A stretch of DNA of 36,343 bases from Rivularia sp. (in: cyanobacteria) (GTDB taxonomy: Bacteria; Cyanobacteriota; Cyanobacteriia; Cyanobacteriales; Nostocaceae). Below the pieces are notes generated by a model. It was not told the DNA's origin. It saw nothing but the letters and a program-made list of their open reading frames with translations, and ran no database searches. Numbering within the stretch: the stretch's first letter is position 1; each line of letters begins with the position of its first letter. Made by a program: the position numbers and the translations under genes. Below are positions 9,210 to 17,898 of the stretch, piece by piece. The stretch lies in contig JBHJOU010000988.1 in the NCBI GenBank assembly GCA_050329355.1, positions 1 through 36,343 on the forward strand. The letters run 5' to 3'.

Positions 9210-11771
9210 TTACTCATTAAGAGGTAATGTAAAATAAAAAATACTACTACGACCTAAAATACTTTCAACCCAGATTTTACCACCGTGTTGTTGCACAATA
9301 CTGCGACAAATTGCTAATCCTAAACCCGTACCACCTTGATGTCGAGAGTTAGAAGCATCAACTTGTTGAAAACGGTCAAAAATGGTTTCCAATTTATTTT
9401 CAGGAATTCCTCTACCTTGATCTTTGACTTGAAATAATATTTGAGAATTTTGTACTTTTGCTCCAAGAAAGACTGTACTATGTGGTGATGAAAATTTAAT
9501 CGCATTACTGAGTAAATTAGTTAGCGTCTGAACGATTCGATCTGGGTCTGCCCATAATTGTACTTCAAAAGGTTTCAATGCAAGTTTGATTTCTGCTTTC
9601 TCAGCCATTGCTCGCATTTCATCTACTGCTTGTATCATCAATTCAGCGGCATTACAATTTTGTTTTTCCATCGTTACTTTGCCAGAATTAATCCGCTCAA
9701 TATCAAGAATGTCGTTAATTAAACGCACTAAACGGTTGGTATTATCAAAGGCAATTTCCAGCATCCGCTGACTTTTCGCGGGTTGATTGTTCAATGAACC
9801 ATGGGAAAGTAAACCTAAAGCACTACGAATGGAAGTTAAGGGTGTCCGCAATTCGTGACTGACAACTGAGACAAACTCATTTTTCATTCTTTCTACTATT
9901 TGTCGCTCGGTAATATCCTTAAAAATTACCACAGCACCTACAATCTGATTCTTTTCTAAAATTGGTGTACTAACATACTCTACGGGGAATTTTGTTCCAT
10001 TTCGACGGTAAAATGTGTCATCAACAATATGCTGCACTGCACCAGTTTTTAATGTGGCATAAATAGGATTTTCTTCCCAAGGGTAAGGACTTCCGTCTGG
10101 CTTAGAATGATTCAATATCCTGTGCATAAATCTTTCTTCAGACTGATGTGGAAATTCCGAAAGAATGTAGCTTGGGTAAGAATTTAAATCCTTATTAGCG
10201 ATTGAAACAATCAATTCTTCTACTCGATATCCCAACATTCTTGCTGCTGCTGGGTTAACAAAAGTCAGTTTACCTTGGGAATTTAATCCGTAAATTCCCT
10301 CACCTGCGGAGTTTAAAATTAACCCGCTTTGCCTACTAAGGCGTTCAAGTGAGGCTTTTGCTTGTTCGCGTTCGCTGATTTCTCTGCGTAATTCTGCTGT
10401 TCGTTCTTGCACTCGCTGCTCTAATTCGGCATTCAAGGCAGAAATTTTTAACTCTGCTTGCTTGCGCTCTTGGATATCTCGTTCCAAGTCAACATTGAGA
10501 GCATAGACTTGCTGATACAGTCCGTATTGATGAATTGCCGTCGCAAAGTGACTACCCAAAGCTAAAGCAAGTTAAATTTCTGCTGAAGTCCATTCTTGTA
10601 CTTGACCTTGTTTTAATTCTCGCCATGTCTCAAAAGATACTATTGGACGCTGTTGTCGCGAGTCGTCGCGATCGCGTTTTCTGCCCCATAAAGTTTCAAC
10701 CTCAATTTCGTGGCGAAAAATACTCAAATAACCTAACTTCTGCTGTCGAGATTGCAGTTCGATAACTAACAAGTTACGAATTTTATTGTTTAAAAAAACG
10801 GTTTCTAAATATTCTGGTAAAGCAACTTGATGTAAATCTGGAATTATCCGGGCTTGAATTCCATTACAAAAAGTTACTTGCTCCTCTAACCATTCTTGCC
10901 AAGTCGGATGCTGCTCAAATTTTTCTCCACTTTTATTAAGTTCCCATTCCCCACAAACAAACAATTGTGCTTGCTCTTGAGGATTTTGGGGAAATATGTA
11001 AATTCTGCCACCCGCCGCTTGCAAACCATTCACAGTTAATTCCAAAGCCTCTTGCAACTGCATTTCCGTCATTGAATGCAGCAGCTTGGTGGCTCGGTTA
11101 ATCATCGCTTCTTGTGCTGCTTGGGCGCGGGTTTGTTCTAGTAAGGTACTTTGGGCGATCGCGATTGATAATTGATCTACAACTAGCTGGACAATGTGTA
11201 ATTCTCGTTGTGTTACCTGTCGTGGGGAACTATGATGAGATACTAATAATCCCCATAGTTGCTGGCGATGAAAAATCGGCACGACTAAAGAGGACTGTAC
11301 ACCCATTGATGTGAGATATTCTACATGACAGGGGTCTACAGGACGAAACCGGATATCATCAGCGATTGACTCTCCAGTTTCGGGAGAAGTTAATGGACTT
11401 ACCCCAATTTGTTGTGTAGCTAAATCTACAATTGAACGCTGACGTGCTTTGATAAATAATTCACGTGCTTCGGGTGGAATATCTTCTGCGGGAAAATGTT
11501 GTCCTAAAAGCGATGGTAGACGTTGTTGGACAACTGATTCAGCAACTACTTTTCCACTACCATCTGCATCAAAACGATACACTTTAACTCGGTCTGTTTC
11601 CAATAATGTACGCACTTCTGTCACTGTTCCGGTGAGGATTGCCGGTAATTCCAAAGATTGACGAATCCTAGTTATCATGCGATGTAGAAGTACCTCAACA
11701 GAAGCAATTGACTTTTCACCACTGTTCGAGGATTGATCTGATATTTGGGGATGTGGGTTATTAAACTGCAT
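9210..11771 (-). pseudogene. rfpA: Knotless red/far-red phytochrome histidine kinase RfpA (GAF-PHY-PAS-HisKA-HATPase), interrupted by one in-frame TAA at 10574-10572
   Basis: The two track ORFs (10572-11771 and 9210-10559) are in the same frame: ...WTSAEI*LALALGSHFATAIHQY.... GAF has DIP and PCH (bilin Cys); kinase has [17 protein letters not shown] and GTGLGL. About 853 codons if read through. Confidence 0.88.
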
Positions 11772-11816
11772 TATCTAAAATATGAAAAAATGAAAATTAC
11801 AAGATGAAAATATTTG

Positions 11817-13685
11817 TTAATTAGCTACACCATTAATAGTTTGAAATAATTTAATTCGCTCTAAGCGATTGAATATGTGAGTCACTAATTCCGGTCCAAC
11901 AATAGACTTGCTCAAACATTGGTCAGCACCTGCATTAAAAACTTTTTGTATAGTCTCAGCATCATTGTGAACTGTGAGAAACACAATAGGTAATCCACTC
12001 CAACGTGGTTCATTTCTAACTACTTGACACAAATCAATACCATTAATATCAGGCATTTCCACATCAAGAATCAGTAAATCTGGGGAATTTTTCATTAAAA
12101 TATCCCAGAAGCATAATGGCTCATTTAATGTAGAAAGTTTTAGTCCACAAGGTTCTAGTAATTCCCTGATTAAACTTAAAATTTGTGGGTCATCATCTAC
12201 CACCATAACTTTGCCAGCTTGGGAACGGCTTTGTTTCAATACCTGAGAAATCACTTTTAATAAATGTTCGGGAAGCAATGTTTTTTGTAAAAATATATGA
12301 CTAAATAATCGCGACAATTTTACCCGATTAGCTAAACTATCATCAGTTGTGCATAGTATTACTGGGATTGCTGGTGTGGAACAATTCGTTAATTTGGCAA
12401 GTTGATTCAGACTGTCTTCACTTGTCTTAGCAAGGGCAATACTCAGTAGAACCACATCAATTTTAGGCTTCGTTAATGCTTCTTTTGCTGCTAATAAATC
12501 TCTTACCAATTCTATTTGTATTCCCGATGCAACAGCCAATTTAATCATGCTAAGGGCTAGTTTTTCATCATCATCAATTATCACCATTACAGAAGATTTT
12601 TCACACTGCACGGTTTTTTTAAACTGTTTAAAGGCAGGCTGTTTAATTTCCTCTTGTAAACGCTTTACTAATTCTCTCAAATAAAATCCCTGAGTTCGGT
12701 CTAAGTTGAGTTGCGATTTGAAAATTTGCTCTATTTCTCTAGCTAGATCAGAACCTTGAGAAAAACTAAAAATTCCTAAGCCTCCAGCCAATTTGTGTGC
12801 TATTGTTTGCGCTTTTTTTCTTAATTCTTCCTCCAAAGTGTTCTCTAATAATGCACTAACAGCTTGCTCTAAAACTGCTACACCCTCAATACTTTGTACT
12901 TTCAGCTTTTCCCATAGTTTAGTTAATGCTTCTTTAGTCTGCTGTTGTTTATTACTTAGTTTATTTGGTTTATTTTGATGTTTCTCCCCAGAAAATTTCA
13001 CTTGGCCATTTGCAGCATCTTTGAGGCGATAACCCAAACCATAAACAGTTTCAATCAAATCATTCGGCGCTCCTGCTCTAGTCATTTTCTGCCGTAAACC
13101 TTTAATGTGAGCAGTAACTGTATCTTCTTTAGGTGCTTCGTCCATAGACCACAAATGATCTAAAATGTCACTTCTATTAAACACAATATTACGGTTACGA
13201 AGAAAAAGCTCCAGCAACCGATATTCTTTGGGAGTCAGATTGAGCAAATGACCGTTATAAGTAACTTCTGTACTACCAGGGTTAAGACACAGGTTTTCCC
13301 ATTGTAAAACTGTTTGTATCGGTGTATTTTTACGACGTAATAAAACCCGAATCCGAGCTAATAATTCTGTTATTTCAAAAGGTTTGACCACATAATCATC
13401 TGCTCCAGCATCTAATCCCAACACTTTATCATTGCTGGAGTTTTGGGCTGTTAATAATAAAACGGGCATTTGATAATTATGTTGTCGCAACTTCTGACAA
13501 AATTTGATGCCATCGAGTTCGGGTAGGATAACATCAAGCAAAATTAAGTCATAGGTGAAAGTCTCGACAAACTCCCAGCCGAGCAAGCCACTATCTGCAA
13601 TATCTACCATATAGTGTTGATTACTAAGAATGTTTTCTAAAGCTTTGGCAATACACTCGTCATCCTCAACTATTAAAATTCTCAT
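11817..13685 (-). CDS. rfpB: RcaC-type transcriptional activator RfpB (REC-wHTH-Hpt-pseudoREC-REC)
   Basis: MRILIVEDD...LILLDVILP; OmpR wHTH (LTPKEY...IETVYGLGYRL); Hpt AHKLAG; the middle REC lacks Asp (VVLLSI); C-terminal REC LLILDVEMP. Confidence 0.93.
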   Translation of the reverse strand: MRILIVEDDECIAKALENILSNQHYMVDIADSGLLGWEFVETFTYDLILLDVILPELDGIKFCQKLRQHNYQMPVLLLTAQNSSNDKVLGLDAGADDYVVKPFEITELLARIRVLLRRKNTPIQTVLQWENLCLNPGSTEVTYNGHLLNLTPKEYRLLELFLRNRNIVFNRSDILDHLWSMDEAPKEDTVTAHIKGLRQKMTRAGAPNDLIETVYGLGYRLKDAANGQVKFSGEKHQNKPNKLSNKQQQTKEALTKLWEKLKVQSIEGVAVLEQAVSALLENTLEEELRKKAQTIAHKLAGGLGIFSFSQGSDLAREIEQIFKSQLNLDRTQGFYLRELVKRLQEEIKQPAFKQFKKTVQCEKSSVMVIIDDDEKLALSMIKLAVASGIQIELVRDLLAAKEALTKPKIDVVLLSIALAKTSEDSLNQLAKLTNCSTPAIPVILCTTDDSLANRVKLSRLFSHIFLQKTLLPEHLLKVISQVLKQSRSQAGKVMVVDDDPQILSLIRELLEPCGLKLSTLNEPLCFWDILMKNSPDLLILDVEMPDINGIDLCQVVRNEPRWSGLPIVFLTVHNDAETIQKVFNAGADQCLSKSIVGPELVTHIFNRLERIKLFQTINGVAN

Positions 13686-14018
13686 TTAATCAATACCTCT
13701 TAAATCTGGAAACTAAGCTTTTTCCACAGAGTTATAACAATTGACCAAGAAGTTGGCATCAAAAAACTTATTTACCACAAATTCTTAGTCTTTCTAAGTC
13801 ATGCTCTTGATTTTTATAGATATACGCTGATAGCATCTATACAGAAAATCTATCTTTAATCACCAAGCTAATTTGAAAAATGTTTTTATTGTATTGAAAA
13901 TCATTATTAACGAGTTTCTTACCTAAAAGTTACTTAGCTTCAAGAAAAAATAAGTTTCTTTACTTTAATTTATATTCTGCACTTCAGCTAATGATGAAGA
14001 TTTGTAAAGATAAAAATC

Positions 14019-14036
14019 TACTTCATTACTTCTTCA
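14019..14036 (+). promoter_or_regulatory. Candidate RfpB-binding direct repeat upstream of the psbA3 operon
   Basis: TACTTCA-ttac-TTCTTCA, with a -10-like TATAGT at 14060-14065. Confidence 0.45.
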
Positions 14037-14124
14037 TTTTTAATTAGTATTGTAATTTTTATAGTTGAGTTGAGAGCTTTGAGAACTGCATCTTAATTAG
14101 CTCGTCGTTACCACCTCATCGCAT

Positions 14125-14370
14125 GTCAGTAACTCAGGGCTAAAGCCACTGAGCTTGTAAGAGGAATCAAACAAGCTGTACTGACCAGACCACTCGGTAA
14201 AACAAGTAGCCGTTATTTGAGTCACGATACCGGAGAATGCGAAGCTAGTTTTCCGCTCTATCGCTTGTGATTAAACAGTTCTAAAGTCACTGGAGCAGTG
14301 TCGCAAGCCCAACAAGCTCTTATAACAGGTCGAAGCTAACATTACCCCAGAAATGGGAGGCTCCACCGAG
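14125..14370 (+). ncRNA. HEARO/omegaRNA scaffold (IscB guide RNA)
   Basis: Blocks in HEARO order: gtcagtaac / ctgaccag, gccgttatttgagtcacgatacc, gaatgc-gctagtt-ctct, ttaaacag, cagtgt, ataacaggtcgaagctaacattacc, gggag. Recognised from memory of the family; no covariance model was run. Confidence 0.72.
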
Positions 14371-14566
14371 CAAAACCGTTATGCGTACAGGATTGGGGAA
14401 TTTGAAACGGTAACTGTCCCGTTTGAAAGTACAACACAAAGGTACACCGAACTAACCAATCCCAAGGCGGTAATGGAATCAAAATATCCACAGTGGTTAA
14501 AACCACCCGCGTCGCTTCCCTAGACCGCCCTAAACGGACTGAGTTTCCCGCATACCGTGAGGTCTT
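14125..14566 (+). mobile_element. Non-autonomous IS200/IS605 IscB-type element (internally deleted)
   Basis: Begins GTCAGTAACTCAGGGCTAAAGCCACTGAGC (end hairpin) and ends gtcgcttccctagaccgccctaaacggactgagtttcccgcataccgtgaggtctt, followed by ATGA (14567-14570). Only ATGCGT (14381) may remain of the ORF start; there is no long ORF. Confidence 0.75.
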
Positions 14567-14856
14567 ATGATTTTACAACAGTTATAGGGATGAGGGGGAT
14601 TCTTCAAGAAAAAATCAACGGGGAACGCCGTTAGCGGGCAATAAGGTCGAAACTTTCTGAGAGTAGCAATTTATTAATTTGTTTAGAGTATTTATTTAGA
14701 ATTGCCAACATCTCAGTAGTTGCAGCTAATAGCTAACAATTAATGTTGAGCTATATGAAACCAGTTTTCAGATATTCTCTGACACAAACGGCAATTTAAC
14801 TTTTTCACATTTTTTCGTAACCAATAGTAATCAAACTTCATACCACTGTTGAACTT

Positions 14857-15948
14857 ATGACTACAGTTTCACAACAACAGCCTAGCCGTTTTCCCACGTG
14901 GGATAGGTTCTGCGATTGGGTAACTAGTACCGAAAATCGGCTGTATATCGGCTGGTTTGGTTTCCTAATGATTCCTTTACTAGGAGTCTCCACTTGCGTC
15001 TTTATAATTGCCTTCATCGCGGCTCCACCCGTAGACATTGACGGCATCCGGGAGCCAATAGCAGGTTCACTACTTTATGGCAACAATATCATTACTGGTG
15101 CTGTTGTTCCCACCTCCAATGCCATTGGACTGCACTTTTATCCGATTTGGGAAGCTGCTTCTGTGGATGAATGGCTGTACAACGGCGGCCCTTACCAGAT
15201 GATTGCATTCCACTACATTCCAGCCCTTTCTTGTTATATGGGACGTGAGTGGGAACTTTCTTACCGTTTAGGTATGCGTCCTTGGATTGCAGTTGCCTAC
15301 AGCGCTCCTCTTGCTGCGACAACATCCGTATTTTTGATTTACCCCATCGGACAAGGCAGCTTCTCGGACGGTTTACCAATGGGTATCAGCGGCACCTTTA
15401 ATTTTATGTTTGTTTTCCAAGCCGAACATAATATCCTGATGAATCCGTTTCATATGTTAGGAGTTGCTGGAGTTCTCGGAGGCTCGTTGTTTTGTGCCAT
15501 GCACGGTTCACTAGTAACGTCCAGTCTTGTGCGTGAAACAACTGAATCTGAATCTCAGAATTACGGCTATAAATTTGGACAAGAACAAGAGACTTACAAC
15601 ATAGTTGCAGCCCACGGCTATTTTGGTCGTCTGATATTCCAGTATGCCAGCTTCAACAATAGCCGTTCCTTGCATTTCTTCCTTGCAGCTTGGCCTGTAA
15701 TTTGTATTTGGGCTACTGCGATCGGTATTAGTACGATGGCATTCAACCTCAACGGATTCAACTTTAATAATTCAATCCTTGATTCTCAAGGTCGGGTACT
15801 TCCTAGTTGGGCTGATGTATTAAATCGAGCCAATATTGGTTTTGAAGTCATGCACGAACGGAATGCTCATAATTTTCCATTAGATTTGGCATCTGGTGAA
15901 TCTGTTCCGGTAACTGTTTCCCTTAAAGCTCCAGCATTAGCTGCTTGA
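14857..15948 (+). CDS. psbA3: Photosystem II D1, far-red paralogue PsbA3
   Basis: Complete D1 with Mn ligands ([22 protein letters not shown]) and far-red D1 signatures [16 protein letters not shown] and GLPMGISG. Confidence 0.96.
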   Translation: MTTVSQQQPSRFPTWDRFCDWVTSTENRLYIGWFGFLMIPLLGVSTCVFIIAFIAAPPVDIDGIREPIAGSLLYGNNIITGAVVPTSNAIGLHFYPIWEAASVDEWLYNGGPYQMIAFHYIPALSCYMGREWELSYRLGMRPWIAVAYSAPLAATTSVFLIYPIGQGSFSDGLPMGISGTFNFMFVFQAEHNILMNPFHMLGVAGVLGGSLFCAMHGSLVTSSLVRETTESESQNYGYKFGQEQETYNIVAAHGYFGRLIFQYASFNNSRSLHFFLAAWPVICIWATAIGISTMAFNLNGFNFNNSILDSQGRVLPSWADVLNRANIGFEVMHERNAHNFPLDLASGESVPVTVSLKAPALAA

Positions 15949-16003
15949 GTCAGCACTGATGACTAATAACCAATAACAAATAACTAATAATCAGGAAAAA
16001 GCA

Positions 16004-16480
16004 ATGAGTGTAGTCACTGAATTGATTCTGAACGCTGATAGTGAAGCTCGATATCCTGCTCCTAAAGAACTGAGAATATTTCAAGATTTTTTAAAAACAG
16101 GAGACCAGAGAATTCGCATTGCTAGAATATTGGCACAAAATGAGCAACAAATTGTCCAAAATGGCAGCATGAGATTTTGGGAACGCTGTCCCAATACGCC
16201 AAGTAATAGCGGCAATGATCGTAAGACAGCTTCTTGTCAGCGCGATCAGGGTTGGTATGTGCGTTTAGTTGCTTATTCTATCTTGGCTGGTAGTGAAAAA
16301 CCCCTCGAAGAAATTGGCACACTTGGCATCAAAGAAATGTACAACAATTTAGAGATTCCGCTGAGGAATTTAGTTGAAGCTATGCGCTGTGTCAAGGAAG
16401 AAGCTGTATCAATGATGAGTGAAGAAGATGCGGTTGAAGTTGGACCCTATTTTGACTACATCATTCAAGCACTTTCTTAA
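16004..16480 (+). CDS. apcD5: Far-red allophycocyanin alpha-type subunit (ApcD5/ApcA2)
   Basis: Phycobiliprotein fold; FWERCPNTPSNSG and ASCQRDQGW; first apc gene, immediately before apcB2. Confidence 0.82.
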   Translation: MSVVTELILNADSEARYPAPKELRIFQDFLKTGDQRIRIARILAQNEQQIVQNGSMRFWERCPNTPSNSGNDRKTASCQRDQGWYVRLVAYSILAGSEKPLEEIGTLGIKEMYNNLEIPLRNLVEAMRCVKEEAVSMMSEEDAVEVGPYFDYIIQALS

Positions 16481-16599
16481 CAAACAATAATGAGATTGAG
16501 GTTTTTAGGATTGTCAGATACATCAATCCTAAATCTCAAATCGAATCACCTCTAATCTTTAACTCAAAAAATCAAAACTTCACCTAGGGAACTTTAATT

Positions 16600-17085
16600 A
16601 TGCAAGATGTAATTACTGCTTTGATTAATTCCTCTGATGTTCAAGGCAAATATCTAGATAATAGCTTTTTGGAAAAACTAGAAGCCTACTTCCATAGCGG
16701 TGATATGCGTGCGCGAGCTGCGACTGCTCTTAGTGCCAATGCCAAAAGTATCATCACTCAGACTGTTGCCAAGTCTTTGCTTTACACAGATATTACTGCT
16801 CCTGGTGGCAATATGTATACGTGTCGTCGCTATGCTGCTTGTGTGCGTGACTTGGATTATTTTTTGCGCTATGCAACTTATGCCATGTTGGCTGGTGACA
16901 CTTCAATTTTAGATGAGCGGATTTTAAATGGTTTAAGGGAAACTTACAATTCATTAGGAGTTCCCATAGGTGGAACTATTCGAGCAGTACAAGCAATGAA
17001 GGAAGTTGTTAGTAGTATGCTTGGTAGCGAAGCAGGAAAAGAAATGGGTATTTACTTTGACCATATTGCTTCTGGTTTGAGTTAA
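16600..17085 (+). CDS. apcB2: Far-red allophycocyanin beta subunit ApcB2
   Basis: [20 protein letters not shown]; [17 protein letters not shown]. Confidence 0.93.
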   Translation: MQDVITALINSSDVQGKYLDNSFLEKLEAYFHSGDMRARAATALSANAKSIITQTVAKSLLYTDITAPGGNMYTCRRYAACVRDLDYFLRYATYAMLAGDTSILDERILNGLRETYNSLGVPIGGTIRAVQAMKEVVSSMLGSEAGKEMGIYFDHIASGLS

Positions 17086-17090
17086 AAAGC

Positions 17091-17122
17091 GTTTTTAATT
17101 AATTAATTAATTAATTAAAAAC
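17091..17122. repeat. 32-bp perfect AT palindrome directly after the apcB2 stop
   Basis: g-ttttt-(aatt)5-aaaaa-c. Confidence 0.8.
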
Positions 17123-17242
17123 AATTCATTAATTGATGAATATAGCTTTTTAGCAGTTAATAGTTGATAGTGAAGGGGTAATAATTAACTGTCAACTATT
17201 AACAACATACTTCTGATTTTATCAACTAAAAATAGGAGTTTT

Positions 17243-17719
17243 ATGAGCATAATTACAAAAACAATTGCTCAAGCCGACCGAGAAGCTCGTTATCTAAATA
17301 TGGGTGAATTAACTGCTATCCGAGACTTTTATCAAGGTGGACTTTCTCGGTTAGACTTAGCCACAGTTCTCGTAGAAAACGAAAAAAAAATTGTGGAAAA
17401 AGCTAGTTTAAAATTTTGGGAACGGTGTCCTGATACGCCTAGTAATAGTGGGAATAGAACCTATCGGGCTTCCTGTTTGCGAGACCAAAGTTGGTATATT
17501 CGCCTGATTACTTATTCTCTTGTAGTGGGAGATATAGAACCTTTAGCAGAAATTGGTACTATCGGGGTGAAGGAGATGTATGAATCTTTGGAAATTCCCC
17601 TACCCAATTTAGTAGAAGCTGTTTTTTGTCTCAAAGAAGTTTCTTTAGAATTTTTCTCTTTGCAAGATGTTACTGAAGTCGCACCTTATTTTGATTACTT
17701 GATTCAATCATTAATGTAG
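17243..17719 (+). CDS. apcD2: Far-red allophycocyanin alpha-type subunit ApcD2
   Basis: ADREARYLNMGEL; FWERCPDTPSNSG; ASCLRDQSW; located between apcB2 and apcE2. Confidence 0.85.
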   Translation: MSIITKTIAQADREARYLNMGELTAIRDFYQGGLSRLDLATVLVENEKKIVEKASLKFWERCPDTPSNSGNRTYRASCLRDQSWYIRLITYSLVVGDIEPLAEIGTIGVKEMYESLEIPLPNLVEAVFCLKEVSLEFFSLQDVTEVAPYFDYLIQSLM

Positions 17720-17768
17720 GGAATTGGGAATAGGGAATAGGGAATAGGGAATTGGATAATTGGGAATA
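17719..17768. repeat. STRR heptamer tract (gggaatw)n
   Basis: gggaatt gggaata gggaata gggaata gggaatt... Confidence 0.85.
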
Positions 17769-17898
17769 AATAGTTAGGTATACTGCCTTAATTTCAATTT
17801 CAATCTTGAGTCCTATATCTTAAATTGTCATTGATAATGAGTCCTTGGGGTGGAAAGGCATTTAGGGATAGGAGACAAATAACAAAGGATAAAATTAA

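Noticed and set aside
9210-10559. Treating the 449-aa kinase ORF as an independent gene
   Set aside because: It is in frame with the upstream GAF-PHY ORF, separated by one TAA, and its TTG has no SD; better explained as interrupted rfpA.
14381-14413. Small ORF MRTGLGNLKR after the omegaRNA
   Set aside because: Only 10 codons; at most a deletion remnant of iscB.
14600-14760. Possible riboswitch in the psbA3 leader
   Set aside because: Several hairpins are present, but I could not recognise any aptamer consensus.
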